Origin: Epiperipatus broadwayi
Taxonomy: Eukaryota > Animalia > Onychophora
Length of the DNA: 64,000 bases
Reading direction: 5' to 3'
NCBI GenBank assembly: GCA_028023455.1
Contig: JAQFVV010000005.1
Coordinates: 17,174,001 to 17,238,000 of the forward strand
A program made the position numbers and the translations under genes. The number at the start of each line of letters is the position of its first letter. Position 1 is the first letter of the stretch. Below the pieces are notes generated by a model. That model had not been told where the DNA came from. It did no database searches and was given only the letters and a program-made list of their open reading frames with translations. Positions 40,980 through 55,500 of the stretch are shown here, piece by piece.

Positions 40980-41400
40980 GATTTAAAATTATCAAAGCAT
41001 TACATGATCAGCATTTCATATTTAGTTTTCCATAACTTCATTATTTGTACCCTTTCTGCTTCCAAGCATTTACATTGAAGTAACAGATGCCTAATATTTT
41101 CTATGCCTTTCTTACACAACTTGCAGACTAAATCACCTATATTTTTCCATTTACATGTATATTCCTTTGTTGCTAAAGATCTCGTTCGAGCCTTAAGCAA
41201 TAAACTACTTTCCTTACTATTATCATAAATTAACTCACACCCAATGTTCCATTTATTTCTATATATATTTAAACTCGTTTTACTAGTTCTCCATCTTTCC
41301 AACTCCCTATTCTTTATTAACACATCTATTTTTCTATCCCACTCCTTACCACTATAATACTCAACAATTCTCCTAACACAATCATCCCACCTTTTGTAGC
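40980..41400 (-). mobile_element. Non-LTR retrotransposon 3' end with CCHC zinc knuckle, 5'-truncated
   Basis: ORF 41000-41323: SLLLKARTRSL...CKLCKKGIENIRHLLLQC (C-x2-C...E...H-x4-C). Confidence 0.75.
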
Positions 41401-41589
41401 TAACTCTCCATACAGTAGTGCCACCAAGTGCAAGCCTTCATAATCAATGGATGCAAGGAGGTTTGCACATAAAATCCCTATCTAGTGCTTATTATTGTTA
41501 AATTAGACTTACTGAGTTCATGTATGTATCTTATTGTGAAGTATGAGCATTATCAAAACTTGGTGTTTGAAAGAACACTACAGATTATT

Positions 41590-42900
41590 ATTAAAAATTA
41601 ATTGGCTGCAAAAAGTTACTGATAAAGAATTGTATAAAACAGAATGGAAGAGAAATTTTATTGAAGATGGTTATAGAGGAGAAATTGCATCTTTGATCAT
41701 GTATCAAATGAATCCCTAATTTTGGATATTTTACAAGGCACAAACAAAAAAAGATCCCATAGAACATGATTTCACAATATTAAAGAATAGTAAAGAAATG
41801 CCGATTTACATTCACTCAGTTCTTTTGGAGGGATAGACAAAACCAGAAAAACTGCTGAAGAAAACAATATATAGATCATGATTTCTGCTGATCGCATGAA
41901 GTCTTCATGAAGTATGGTAAATTTAATTTCATTTGCATTATGTCTTCAGGGTGGAGAGAATCTTAATTTATGGTAAATGTTTTTGTTTGTGCCTGATCAC
42001 TTACATGTGCACTACTAGTGAAACTATTTATTTTTGTTCTTCAATTTTTTTTTAATATTTAATTACTTTAATAATATTTTGTTTTCTTGAATTCTAAAAT
42101 TTATGAATAAAAAGGGCAGTATTTTTTTAAAGTAAAAAATTAATATAATTTAAAGTACAAATGGATTTTTTTTAATAAAAAAAATCAAAACATCATTTGA
42201 ATTTGCGAAAAGAAAAAAATGCAGAAAGATTGTAAATATGGATTGATAGGAAAACATCATCATTCCAGATAAATAAATATAATTTCATAAATAAATATTG
42301 CCTGTTGATTCTTATTACTTACTTAATTATTTTATTCTATGTTGATTCTCTCATGTTCATAGGCAATTAAGTAGTTATAATAATGTTACACCACCAGCAT
42401 TAAACAAGAATAATCATGTTATCCTTGTGACTGGATTTTAAAAAAAGATTCAATATCAATATGTAATGTAGTTATCTTGCCAAGGGCATAATATAAAAAT
42501 CATCTGCAGGCACATATTGAAGTGCTAAAGTATCTGTTATAATAAAAAAATGCTGAGATCTTGATACATGCTGATCAATAGCAATGCCAACCATATAGTA
42601 TCGTGAGTGTACAGGCCAACTATAAACTAATTTCTAATCTATAAAGTGCAGACTTTTGTGCCATCAAGAGAACCATCTGGATGTCCAAATAAATATATAC
42701 TTCCATATGTATGATATATTATTGCTCTAGAGCTAGTTGAGTATCACAAGGACCCAAGAGACTGGGATACTAAATGAGAGAAAATATAAATGTAGGTTTT
42801 AATAGACTTTAAATAATTTTACTTGGATCATCTATTGATCCCTTAAAGCACAATGCTATGATGAAATCATGTCGCACACTTCCAATTCACAGGACAGATA
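41590..42900 (+). mobile_element. Patchwork of decayed RTE-like fragments
   Basis: 41590-41780 reads WLQKVTDKELYK...ESLILDILQGTN (RTE tail). About 42790-42840 reads F-YLGSSIDP (end of RT). Confidence 0.4.
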
Positions 42901-45884
42901 GCAGAAGGAAGACATTAAAACAAAATAATTTGAGAAACTTATTTTTTTAAGAATTATTTTATAAAATTAATTAATAAATGAAATTAAATATTTATATAAT
43001 TGCAAAGCTATGTTTACTATATAAGAAATATTTTATAAAACAAATATTTCCTGTTGATTCTTATTACTTAATTAACATTCATTTATTTCCCTCTCCAATA
43101 AGTAAAGCTGAAAAACATTTCACAGTAAAAGATAAAAAAATTTAAAATGAACTAAAATCTCTATTTGAAAATGGAAAGGTCCCATATTCCTTTACATTTT
43201 GGAAGGAAAAAAGATTCAAAAAAACCTAAACCAAAATTATTCATCATATGCAATTAATATAAAAAAAAATTTGTAAATGTGCATACCACAATACCTTATA
43301 ACCATAGATTTTATTCTAATCCTTTTATTACAGTTTTAAGTTTCTTTTCAGGTCAGCCTTTCCTTCTGGCTTCCTCAAATATTCAAATTAAAATTTCAAG
43401 GTTAGGTGAATACAAATTGAATTTATCCATTATTTCTATCAAAAGTTTTTCAGTAACTTTTTGGTAGCTTCACATTTTCAGTTTAAAATAATAATTTCCA
43501 GAGTAATAACTTAAATTTATCCATTTTACAATATAATTTTTAGCTTACCACAGATTTCCATGTCAGTTTAACATAAACTAAATTTATCCATTTTTACAGT
43601 ATAATTGATCAGATTAGCACAGGCTGAGATAGTCATGATTTTAGATGGACACACAAGGCTTGTTTCAAATTTCTCTTAGTATCTTAGTGAACCAAGTTAC
43701 ATGTTGCATTGGTGATGCTCAGCCTTTTAGCTAAATAATATTTTAATTTGCGAAGTGCAGATAGTTGAATGGTTTTCTGCAACTGCATTTCAAATTACTT
43801 TTGAAAACTAAGTCAATCTAACTTTAGACTACAAGCTTAACTTCTCACTGTTCTCAAGAGCTGAGCTTCTACTGCTGTTCTCTTTTCAATATCTGGATCA
43901 CAAATGAGTTATTGACTAGACACTGAAATCTAATGCCTTAACCTGTCCCTCCCCCAAACCTTATTTTTTTAGAACAATCATCTATCTAATCACATGATTT
44001 CAGAAGTGATAGCATTAACCTGGACCAACTGATTCTTTTACAAAAGATTATTTCTTTTTTTGAATTAAAAATTCCAATCTTACCTTAATTATTGAAAAAT
44101 TCCTTTGTAATTATTTTTTCTTAATTACTAGAAACAGGATTATCCTTTAATTTTGCAAAAAAAAATTTCACTTCTTTAGAGAGGTAGAGATAAAATAAAG
44201 AAAATCTAATTAATTAAAAACAGCTTTTAAAAAAATACAAATGTTAATTTTATTTTTTAAAATTGATAAACATTTATTTAAAGATTTTACTTCCTTATCT
44301 TGCTTTCAAAAAATATTATTTCTCTCAATAGATAAAATTACTGGAGAGGAAAAAAAATATTAGTATTTATCTTATGGTTGTCTTTTTCTTATACATTTCT
44401 CTCTTTTACAATTACCCTTAAACTATAAATATTCATATCCTTGTTTAAAATGTTTGGAATTTGTTACATTATCAATTAAGGAATGTAATTCTTTTAATAA
44501 GTGAATACTTGTTATTCTAAAAAAAAAAAAGATATGAGAAGAAATAATTTTCTTTTCAATATATATATTTAATTTATTTAAAAAATATATTACATTTTTT
44601 TTTTAAGAAATAGAGTATTTTATTTTTTTAATAAAAATTATTTTCATTCTTATAATATGAAGGATTTACTTCATATATTTCATGATGAAATACTATTAAG
44701 TAACTATGTTTGTTTAAACTTTATTTTCAGTATTATCATTAAATTGTTAAATTGGATTGGCATAGTGGATAAAATAGCTTTCTGAATTTTCATTTGTCCT
44801 GTTAAGCTTCACTACATTGTAGTACTCCTTTGACCTTAACCAAGCTATTGACTTTATGAATAAAGCTTCTTAATTAAAATGAATTTTTAAATCTATACAA
44901 CTTTAAAAAGCACAAGAGAAAGAAATTTAAGTTTTTTTGTTTTTAAAATATTGACAAATGTGTGCATGCTTTCAACAGATTAAACCTGAACATGTCAGGT
45001 TAAACAGTGGATTTGAAATTTATAATAATGTATGTAAAGAAAGACATCTTATGTTAAATATACAATTCAGTCTATATAGAGAATCATTTGTTGCGTAAGT
45101 ATTTTTTAAAAAAAATCTAATTATATTTTCTTAAAATTATAAATTAAGAAATATTGATCTGTATCATAAAGATAAATAAAATTTTAAAAATGGTAACAAA
45201 CTTTTAAGAAACAATTCATTCATACAAACAATGCATGCTTTTTGAAGATTTGAAAAATTCATAATTTGTTGCAATTTTATTATTTCCAATAAAAAATTAC
45301 AGGTGAAATGAAAAAAAAAAGTTTTTAGAATTTTATTAGGGCAAAAAAGCCTTTTGTTTAAAAATAAATATAATTAATAAAAAATTCTTTAATAAGTGGC
45401 CATCAGAAGGCATTATGTTCTTCAAACTGGAAAAAGCACTGCTGAAATTTTCTTTTATTAAAAATTGTCAGATAAGTTTGCATTTATTTTTTTGTAAGCT
45501 CTTATTAACCTATATTTCATATGAAAGGATTTTGTATTTAATGTATTAACATTATTTAACATGTCATGATACGAGATTAAAATGTTTCATGTATAGCTTT
45601 TTCTTTGTGTTAAGCTTTTTCAAATATTAAGATTCAATCTGTATAAATGTGAATAATCATCACCAAATAATTTCTGGTTGATAGCTTTCATCGATAAGGA
45701 AAATCTATTCTACATTTTCATTTAGTTGCCACCTGTGTATTTTTTATACTATTCAAGATTTGAATACATTAAAGTTTTGAACCCAAGTTAAATCAGATAT
45801 GAAGTTAATTGTATATTTTAGTGATTCTAATTATACACTGTTGCATATAACACATGAATGTCTATTTATCTTTCCCCCCCCTAG

Positions 45885-45946
45885 GTTAAAGACTTATGTT
45901 TTGATCAAAGTGGAACATATCTCGCAATTGCTGGAACAGATGTCAG
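45885..45946 (+). CDS. PRPF19: PRP19 exon 9 in window ([21 protein letters not shown])
   Basis: ccctag acceptor and gtaact donor; 62 nt; matches [20 protein letters not shown]. Confidence 0.96.
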
Positions 45947-46292
45947 GTAACTCAAAAGTTTATAATTTTTTTTTCTTTAAAGTAATGGATTATTTTACTA
46001 GAAATGCATTCTATAAAAGAATAATTTATATTAGTTTACTATCTTTTTTTCATTAATTTCTAAATTTAATTAGAATAAAAATTTATTTTAAATATTTGAT
46101 ATGTATTTCCTTTAACAGTTTACATTAATTCTTCATTAAAATAGAAATATTTTCAATACCTTTTCAAAGGCATTATATTTTGTTTTTATTAATTTTGCTT
46201 TTTTAAATAGTTATCAGTCTGCAATATCTTTAATTAAATCTTCTGTAATTTATTGACTGAATCATAATTATGAACTGTTTTTTCATATTTAG

Positions 46293-46434
46293 GGTTTATT
46301 TATGCAAGCAGTGGCAGGAACTAAAAGTCTTTACAGATCATACAGCTCCTGCAACCGGTGTTCGATTTGGAAGGCATGCCCATTTTATTGCCTCAACTAG
46401 TATGGACCGAACTCTCAAAATTTATGGCTTGTAA
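46293..46434 (+). CDS. PRPF19: PRP19 terminal coding exon (VYLCKQWQELKVFTDHTAPATGVRFGRHAHFIASTSMDRTLKIYGL*)
   Basis: atttag acceptor; phase 2 matches the previous exon; TAA at 46432-46434; matches the PRP19 C-terminus. The 10 exons total 1065 nt in frame. Confidence 0.97.
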
Positions 46435-46575
46435 CAATTTGGTTTTTTTTATTTTTATGCTCTTTATATAAGTCTAAAACTAAACTCTTTCTGTATTTTT
46501 TTTAAAAAAAAACAACAACAAACAAACAAAGGATGCTCGTGAACAAATATATTGCACGTTAATTTTTAAATTGAA

Positions 46576-46581
46576 AATAAA
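46576..46581 (+). promoter_or_regulatory. Candidate PRP19 polyadenylation signal AATAAA
   Basis: First AATAAA about 140 nt after the stop codon, followed by a T-rich tract. Confidence 0.5.
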
Positions 46582-49500
46582 CATTTTTTCCCTTTCTCTA
46601 ATGTAATGTTTAATTATTCCTTTTCTTAACTGCTAAATATTATTACATATTTTCTTAATATACAATCATAATATTGGTAAAAACAAATTTTATATATTGT
46701 ATTATTTTTTAATGTCTGTGTATACATATGCACTCTTACACGTTTAAAGAATAATTTTTCTTATAACTGAGTTCTGATATTATTTGTAGTTATTATGTTG
46801 GTGTTATTTTTAAAATGCTATTTTCACACCTTTCAAGTTATCTTTAAATATTTAATATATATTCTTGAATATGAGTAATCATTATGTATGCTTATTAATT
46901 TCTAAAAAGCATGGTTTATCATTCCAAAGTATGGCATGCAATCAAAACATAATGATTATCAGAAATAGTTTTCCATTTTTTCCCAGCATATAGTTAATTT
47001 TGTATAAATATTTTGGTTTCTTAATTGACTACTAAATGCCACATAAGAGATGTTGGCAAATTTGAAATAATACTTTGGATTGTAGATTTAGTTTTTGTGA
47101 GATAGGAAGGATCATATTGAACATTTAAACAGTAGGATGTTGAAATATATTTTAGATTATGAAAAGAAATGTAATCACTGATTAACTTAGTTAAGAGAGC
47201 CTTTTGACATATGATCTATGCATAATGATTTTATCTGTAGGTAAACCATTTTACATTACACAGAAATGTGGGAATTCATGTACATAAATATTTTAATTTA
47301 ATAACAATTAGTATAATTTTTAGATAAATGTCAATGTTATTAATAATTATCAGTTTAGAGATTATATTGTTATTAGCCTGATATAGCCTTTTAACATAGT
47401 TACGGGTCAATATATCATTAATTATATAAATACATATTATTAATTTTACACTATAATACATGATAAAAAAATACAAATAACTGCATAATAAAATTCTGAG
47501 CTAGCATGGCTATTAACAACATAACACTTTTAGCCTAATAAATAATTATTAATAACACTAATAAATTTATCTAAAAAGATGGTAATCTCCAATAACATTG
47601 CATATTAGGATAGTAGATTGAATTGTGATAATAATGATGAAAAATATTTAAAGGAGTATAATAACCTGGGTTCATTGAAAATGCGAATTTGGGGGTCATC
47701 TATCTTTTTTGGTGAAACGGCAGTAGTATTATACAAAAGAATTCAAATATTTATATTATGATTCTAACAAGCCCATAAATAAATTATAGGTTTAAGCTTA
47801 TTCACAGAACAAACAAGTCTGAAAATAAAACTCGATTCCTAAAGAATCATTTTAAATGAACTTGCAAATCCATTTAAAATGATTCTTTACGCACCTGACT
47901 TCTGAATTATCATAATAATATTTTTGTTCCATAAATGTATATATTATTATTTAAATATATCTTTTAAAAATAGAATCATTTTGGTAAATTGTTTATAAAA
48001 AAACAATTCAATTTATGAAAAAGTTTTTATTATAAATATGAATAAAGATGTATATGTTTAATTCTTGCTTCATGGATGTTTGCACATCAATCTTACTGTG
48101 AAAATATTTTTCCAATGTTAATAAAATATATTCATTAATTTTTTTTTAAACTTACTTAAATCAAGTATACATCTTCTGCACTACTGCTTTTTCACTCTTA
48201 TTTGAATATTTTTTTCTTAATAGAGTTATAGAATCAAAAGATTGAAAAATACAGTTTACTACATTTCAAGATTTTTTTTTAAGGAGGAAAAAAAAAAAAA
48301 ACTTCAATTTTATTTCAAAATAATCGTTTATTGTATATTTTTTTAGAATTATTTTTTTAGTGTTTATTACAAAGTGGAATGCACCATCAACACACTACAT
48401 ACAGTGCTATCTGACAATATTCCATACTCATTGCTACATATTAACAATCTAATTATAGGGATCAGCCATTGCTCTTCATATGTAGATTAGGGATCATCCA
48501 TTACTTGAGCGATTTTACTTACTGACAAAGGTAATTATGAGAACTTGAAAACATTTATGATTGATTACACATATAAATTTAAATGGAACATTTAGAGAAT
48601 TTAACATACAAAAAAGGGAAATGGAATGATGAAGTATAATAATAATAAGGATAAAACACTCATTAAAATAAACAACATAAAATAATTATCAAACAATACT
48701 AGCATTACAGATGAAAAAAAAAACACAACACAATTTCAGTTAAATTTTTATACAAATATTTTTAAAATTACATAAGCAATTCAATAGGAATTGTCAAATA
48801 CATCAAAGTTCAAACATTGTAGTGAAACTGGCAACAAACATTAGCGAAAGTATTTACAATACAATATGGAATAAAAACCAAAGGGGGAAAAAATAAAACA
48901 ACATTAAAACTGTGAAAATTTGAGAATGACTATTCTAGTTTTTTTTAAAGATTATTTTATTTTTAACATTTTATTGATTAACAAGGATTGAAAGAAAAGG
49001 CACAACATGGGAATTTTTGTTAATTTTTTTTTTTTTTTGATTTAATTATGTATGTATGTTGTAATAAAGTCATAATCCAGATAGGTTATTGAAAACTTAT
49101 CTAGTTATTTTGAAATATATATTTCGTATTATAAAATTTTCCATCTGAAAGCTGTCAGGCATGATTTGACTATATGTATTAATTTAATGCTTAATTACAG
49201 TTGGTTGTATTTTGCTACTCAAAATACAGCTAGTGACAAAAATTTACATTATTGTAATGTTTCAAAGATTACTACAAATATACAGAAATTGTTTCTTCAA
49301 ATTGTTGATGCCATTAAGACGATATTCCAATTTAGTTATATAAATTCATAATCGGGTATAAACTTAAATTATATTAATTGAAAACATTTTTTAAATACCT
49401 TATGTAAAGAAATGATATTATTACTATTTCTCAGGCAAGGATAAATTAGTCCAAAAATTGTTTCTCGGAAGATCGCTTGAAGTTCGAAGCTGATAATTTC

Positions 49501-52500
49501 AACTTTGCCAAATAAGAAAAATGCCATATATGTTCCTGTGTATGACAAATTATCTTTTACAGGTAGATTAAAAATAAAAAAATGTTTAGTAAATATGTTA
49601 TCATCAAGAAGTAATATAATATTGTTATAGGCTAGTATAAAAAATATTGCAAATTGAATGGCTTATGTGGTTACATTTAAAAAAAAAATAGCTATTTGAG
49701 AATGAAAATTTAAATTAATTAATTTTTGCAATTTATAAAGTGTCATAATTATCAAGATATTAGGTAGAGTATTTTCCAATAATTTTTTTTTTCTTTACTA
49801 AATTGCTAATCTTAATGTATTCAAGTTTTTGCACTGGCTTTATGTCTTGCAAATCATTTTTCATTTATTAGTTAATTATCTTATAAAGAAGTAATAATAT
49901 AATAGGATGATTAGATGCTCAAGAGATCATGTAATATTTCAGTGTGTTGAGCCTCAAGATCATTATTCTTCCAGTGTATAAGTTGCACAGGGCTAATTAT
50001 TGTCTAACAGTTGTTTAATGCACAAGTTTACATATATGGAGTAAATAAACATATTTTTACAAGTGAGTATATATGAATTAGATTTATAAATTTATGAAAA
50101 TATATAATTTATTTGTTATTTTCATCAACATAATTTTATTATGTTAACACAATATAAATATTGTATTAATGATAACAACATGGACATATGTAAGTTTGTT
50201 TAAATATGTATTGTTTAGTAGGTGGATTCAATAAATGATCTTTATTAGGGCTAAATGGCACATAAACTCGACACCTTGTAAAAAAAAAAAAACTTCTTTA
50301 CTGGCTTTGAAGATGATATATTCATATCTTTATCTCTTTTTTTTTAATAATGCTAATTTTGTAGTGCTATTGAGTGATAAGAAACCTTTCCATCTAATCA
50401 TTAAATAAATTAGCATCTGATGTTCAAGGTACATTATAAAGAAATGAGCCTGATATTACAAGATACTAAAGTGTGCTTTATATCCATAATAAGTAATTTT
50501 TAATTAAGCGACAATTCCAATTCAAATGCATTTCTTAACAAAATGTTTATTTCAACTTGTGTCCTATTTAAAAGTTAACTGGAACTCTCCATTTAAATTT
50601 TTCAAACATCTATATATATTCTTGGTATAATACAGTTTGTTGTATTTTTAATGGATGATCCCTGTAGTAGCACTAATACTAAGAATATATGCATGGCTTG
50701 ATAGCTTTATACAAAGCAATGATTACATTTAAGACAAACTATATACAAAGCCACAACTTGTGGCCAAAAACCCAGAACAGAAAGATAGGAATAACAAGTA
50801 ACAATACTTTACTGCATAAAAAAAAACAACTTAAAAGTAATAATTAAATTTAAAAATGAAACAACACTTTTAATAACAATACTATGTTTACCGCCCACCA
50901 TTTGGTGAACTCACATGATCCAAAGGCACATACATAATTATAAATTAATTTGTTTTCAAGTGCCATATATATTTGTATAATCTCCCTCTCATCATTTTAC
51001 TTATATAATACCAATATGGCAGCTGAAGCATGGAAACACACTAACATGCCATTCAAACAGACGAAAAATGAAAGTGATATGTTTATCAATTATTCAAAAA
51101 ACTTAAAATATGTACAATATGGAGTAAAGGCGTTTAATTTTTTAAATAATTAATTCGTTAAGACTGCTAGCAATTAGAATAATCACATGACTGTCACATG
51201 ACTGATACACATTTACAAATGATATGGAAGAGAAAATGACAATATTTCTAAGTATTTTATGAAATCTTATAAACTATAATAATTTAAGAAATTATAATTT
51301 TTTATTAATTATTTTCCTCCATTTATTTACCAAATTTATATTAAGATATGTAGAGCTGTTACAACACATTAATAAAAATGCAATAATAAATTATAAATAT
51401 TAGTAGAAACATGAATCATTTTTAACTTTGAATTGATATTTTTTATAAATTAATTGTGATATTAAAAGTATATATAATAGGATAATTAAAGATGTTTTCT
51501 ATAAGATTTATCAATTGGAATAATTTTCAAACTGTTTACATATTACAATAATTCCTAATATTTTTTGTTTTAACAAGAACATACGAATTATTAATTAGCA
51601 TTACTGTTTTACATCATGTATTCAAAAATTATAAATAAGTTTAAAACAACACATTTGATTTATCAATAGAGCTTTATATCAAATCTATTTGGGAATATGC
51701 CTGAATCATTTTTAGTTTATTAGTTGTTATATATGAAATTATAATTGAAATTGAAAAACTTTTAACAAATACTACCTGTAAGTATACTTATTGTAGAAAT
51801 GAATAAATTTTTTTAATTATTTATTATATTAGACAAATTTTTTAATATGTAAACCAAGTATCATCTGAAAAATGCAATGTGACTTACCAAAACCATTTAA
51901 CTAGAAACTTGTCCAGATATACTGGCATCTAGTAACCATTGACTTTATTCATTTATATATTTTTACTTAAGACTTGAATAGATGTCACCACTGCTTAAAT
52001 GTAAACTAGAAAAATGGTTAATATTTGAAGATGTAAATTGCAATTTTTAATCAATTTCTCTTGTAAAATGACAATTAACATTTTTTTTTTCTTTTTTGAA
52101 ACCAAGACCTGTTTCCAAATTATGAAAGTCCATTATATATCTCCGCATATATATTATTTTTAATTTAAACAGTTAAGCAACTGAGAATTGGATATTATAA
52201 AATATCTAATTTTCAATATTTGTTAAATTTGATTTAGTTATTTATTTAAAATGGATGTATTTGCAACATAAATTGATTATGTCTAAAGAGTCAAGACTGT
52301 TAATGTTAATTATTTCTTATAGAATGTCTAATTCATAACTATTTGATAAGAATATTATTTCTAACCCAATATGGTTTAATCATTCAAATTATTTTAAAAA
52401 AGCTATAGATTTTATTATTGATATGTTTCAATTATTCCAAATAGTCTTTAACCTACAAACTATTAAAATGTATTACATCTATTTGTAAACAAGTGATAGT

Positions 52501-55500
52501 AACTTGAAATAATCAAAACACATCAAATGTAGAAAAATATTCAAAATAATTATTTCTTCATGGATAAAAAAAAAAAGCTATATTACACAGAGGTTAAAGA
52601 AATTTTAAGTATTTTATAAATAACTAATAAGAAATCAAATGATTTTGTAATTGGCTACACTAGATGGCATTAGTATAGCTGATATATGAGTTTTGCTTAT
52701 ATAATAAGTAAAAGATTGTAACTGCTGTACATATAATAATGAATGAAATGTTTATTAACAATGAGAGATGTGATAATAGTTTATTAGATCTCATAATAAA
52801 CGTATATGCATGTACAGAAGAAATATATACATATATAAATAGAATATTACTAATATATATGTATGTATAAAACCTCTTTTTGAAATGTTAAACTGTCACA
52901 AGAACTATTTGAAAAGGTAAATCTGAAAAAAAAAAAAAGTTAGAATTTTTAAATTGTAATAATTAATATTGGACATTCCTAGGAACCTGGATTTATTTAT
53001 ACAGAATATTAATATTTTAAGAAATATAACATTCATTAGTTATTTTATAATCTCATTTTTTCCCCTTCATATTAGTGGCTATTGAAAATGACATCATTTT
53101 TAGAGGGGAGGGGGACAAACTTCATAAATGTTAAAAATGAGTATACTTTCTAAGTAATCAGCCAACCCATTAACACTATCTATGAAAATACAAGTGGCAA
53201 TGTAGGTGATATATATATGGAAAAGTTAATTACAAAATTAGGTCATGAAATGTATTAAAAATTACTTATACATACATAATGATGTTCAAAGAACAGCATA
53301 AGTTTCTTTTAGAGAAAAGAAAGAAGTTAATAGGATTATATGTAAAGATGAGTAATCTGATAAAATTGTAGAAAGGAAGAAAGTAACAAGTCAACTGAAA
53401 TGAAAAAGGTCAATAAAAAGTGAAGATAATCTGTGAATATAAACCAAAATATGTAATAATTGAAATGACTCTAAGCAGAGTATAGTAAAATGGATAGAAC
53501 TTAATATTATCTGAATACTAAAACCGATTTTGGATGTGAAGGAATATAAAAAACTTTCTGCTGTCCTTTTTTTTACTATATCTGTGAAAATGTGTGTATA
53601 AATCTATAAAACCATGCAAGCATTAATACACACGTTTTAATTAGTATATGATTATAGAAAATGATAAAAAAAATTGAGTAATATGAATTTGTATAGTAAT
53701 TATAAGCACAAAAAATCAATTATTATAATCTTTCATATTAGTAGCTAGTAATGATGAAATAGATTGTGTGTGAGGTCTTTTTTTAAAGTCTAGATGTAAA
53801 AGACTGCATAAATGTGCACACATATATAATAATTAGATAAATGCATCTTGAAAATAATAAAGAAATCTGGAGAGATGTGAGCTTCAATTACTGTGCATTA
53901 ATATTTGTTCTATTGCCATATAGATAAAAAAAAATTACAAAGGAATTTACAATATGTATACATTTCAAGTAACAAATCAACTGCTATGAAGCAAAATCAC
54001 ATCCATGCAAAGTATAATAAACAATTCCAATACAGCTATACATTAGTCAAAATAGACTCATTTTGTTAATTAACCATCATTATGAAATGTAATGTTGAAA
54101 TATATAATAAATAAACATATCTTGAAAATATGTTACAAAGTCTGGAGAGATATTAGCTCCAATCACTGCAACTGCAGCATCAAATATTTGAGCTTTAACA
54201 TCAAAATCAGATGTTGTTACATTTGCATGAATGCGATTTTGCTCCAAGACAGTTTATGATTTGTTACATGTGATGTATATATATTGTGGAACAGTTTGTC
54301 AATTTTTTCACATCTAAGGCAATCAAGCAAATGTTTAAAAAGCACAGTAACTGAAGTTTACATCTCTAGATTTCTTTACCTATGTTAAATTAAACATTGT
54401 AAATAAGATTTTGTGACTAAAAAAAAATATTAAGGGAGCAATGGTCAAGCACTTGATTTTAAGTAGAAGCATCTTTTTATGATGTCAAGAAAATTGTTAT
54501 AACTTTTTTATTCAAGATTTATGATAATCATCCTGATGTTTTAAAATGGTTAAACAGTATATACACAGTATTCAATTTTTTAATCGCTTCGTTCTAAGAT
54601 CTAGATTTCTAAAGACAATAGGTACAGGAAGAAAATCTTACTTGGGTCATACATCAGTATTAACGTGATTGTGATATAGTTTTGCAAATAGACATCTTTT
54701 GAAATCTATTTAACAAATATTTTTTTTTGGATGTTTTGACTATTTCACCAAAAGAATCAAATCAAAGCATTTAAAGATCATTTATTGCTCCATTGTATTA
54801 AAGTATAAATGACAAAACTTGAGATAGTAACAGTACATATAGATACTGTAAATTTTAAACACTTTTATTGAGGTTTTTTTTCTAACAAATGTTTTGGCTT
54901 TGTAAATAACTTTAAATAAAGAAGAAATGCTTAACGTGCATAGCTGATGATAACCCATTTCCATAAATACTATTATATTAGCAAATATTTGTAATTAATA
55001 TAATTGTTGCTATTTCAAATTTATATGTTGTAACTGTAAATATGTTTGTTTTTTTTAAATTCGATCCAAATCATGAAAGTGAAAAGCAAGGGAATATTAA
55101 AACAGAGACAATTCTTATATATTTACATTCAGAACTCTGAAAGATACAATTATATAAAAAAAAAACATTATATTAATCAAAGTCCGTCATTCTTCATTTT
55201 TTCCCCACTCGCATTTTCAATTAATTAAATGTTTTTAACTGTATACTATTAATTTTTTTTTTTTTTAGAAAGATGTTGTGCGCTTATGTGTATTTCATAA
55301 GATTCACATGTGTATGACACTCTTTATATATTTATATAATGATGACAATTTATTTAGAACATGCAGTATTAGATAATTAGAATTTTATTTAAGTGATTTT
55401 TAAAATTCATTATTATGTTTTAGTTAACAGTGTGTTTTTAGCTCTCACATTTCAGAATCAAAGCAGTTCTACTGTCAGCTTAAATATAGTTAAAAAAATA

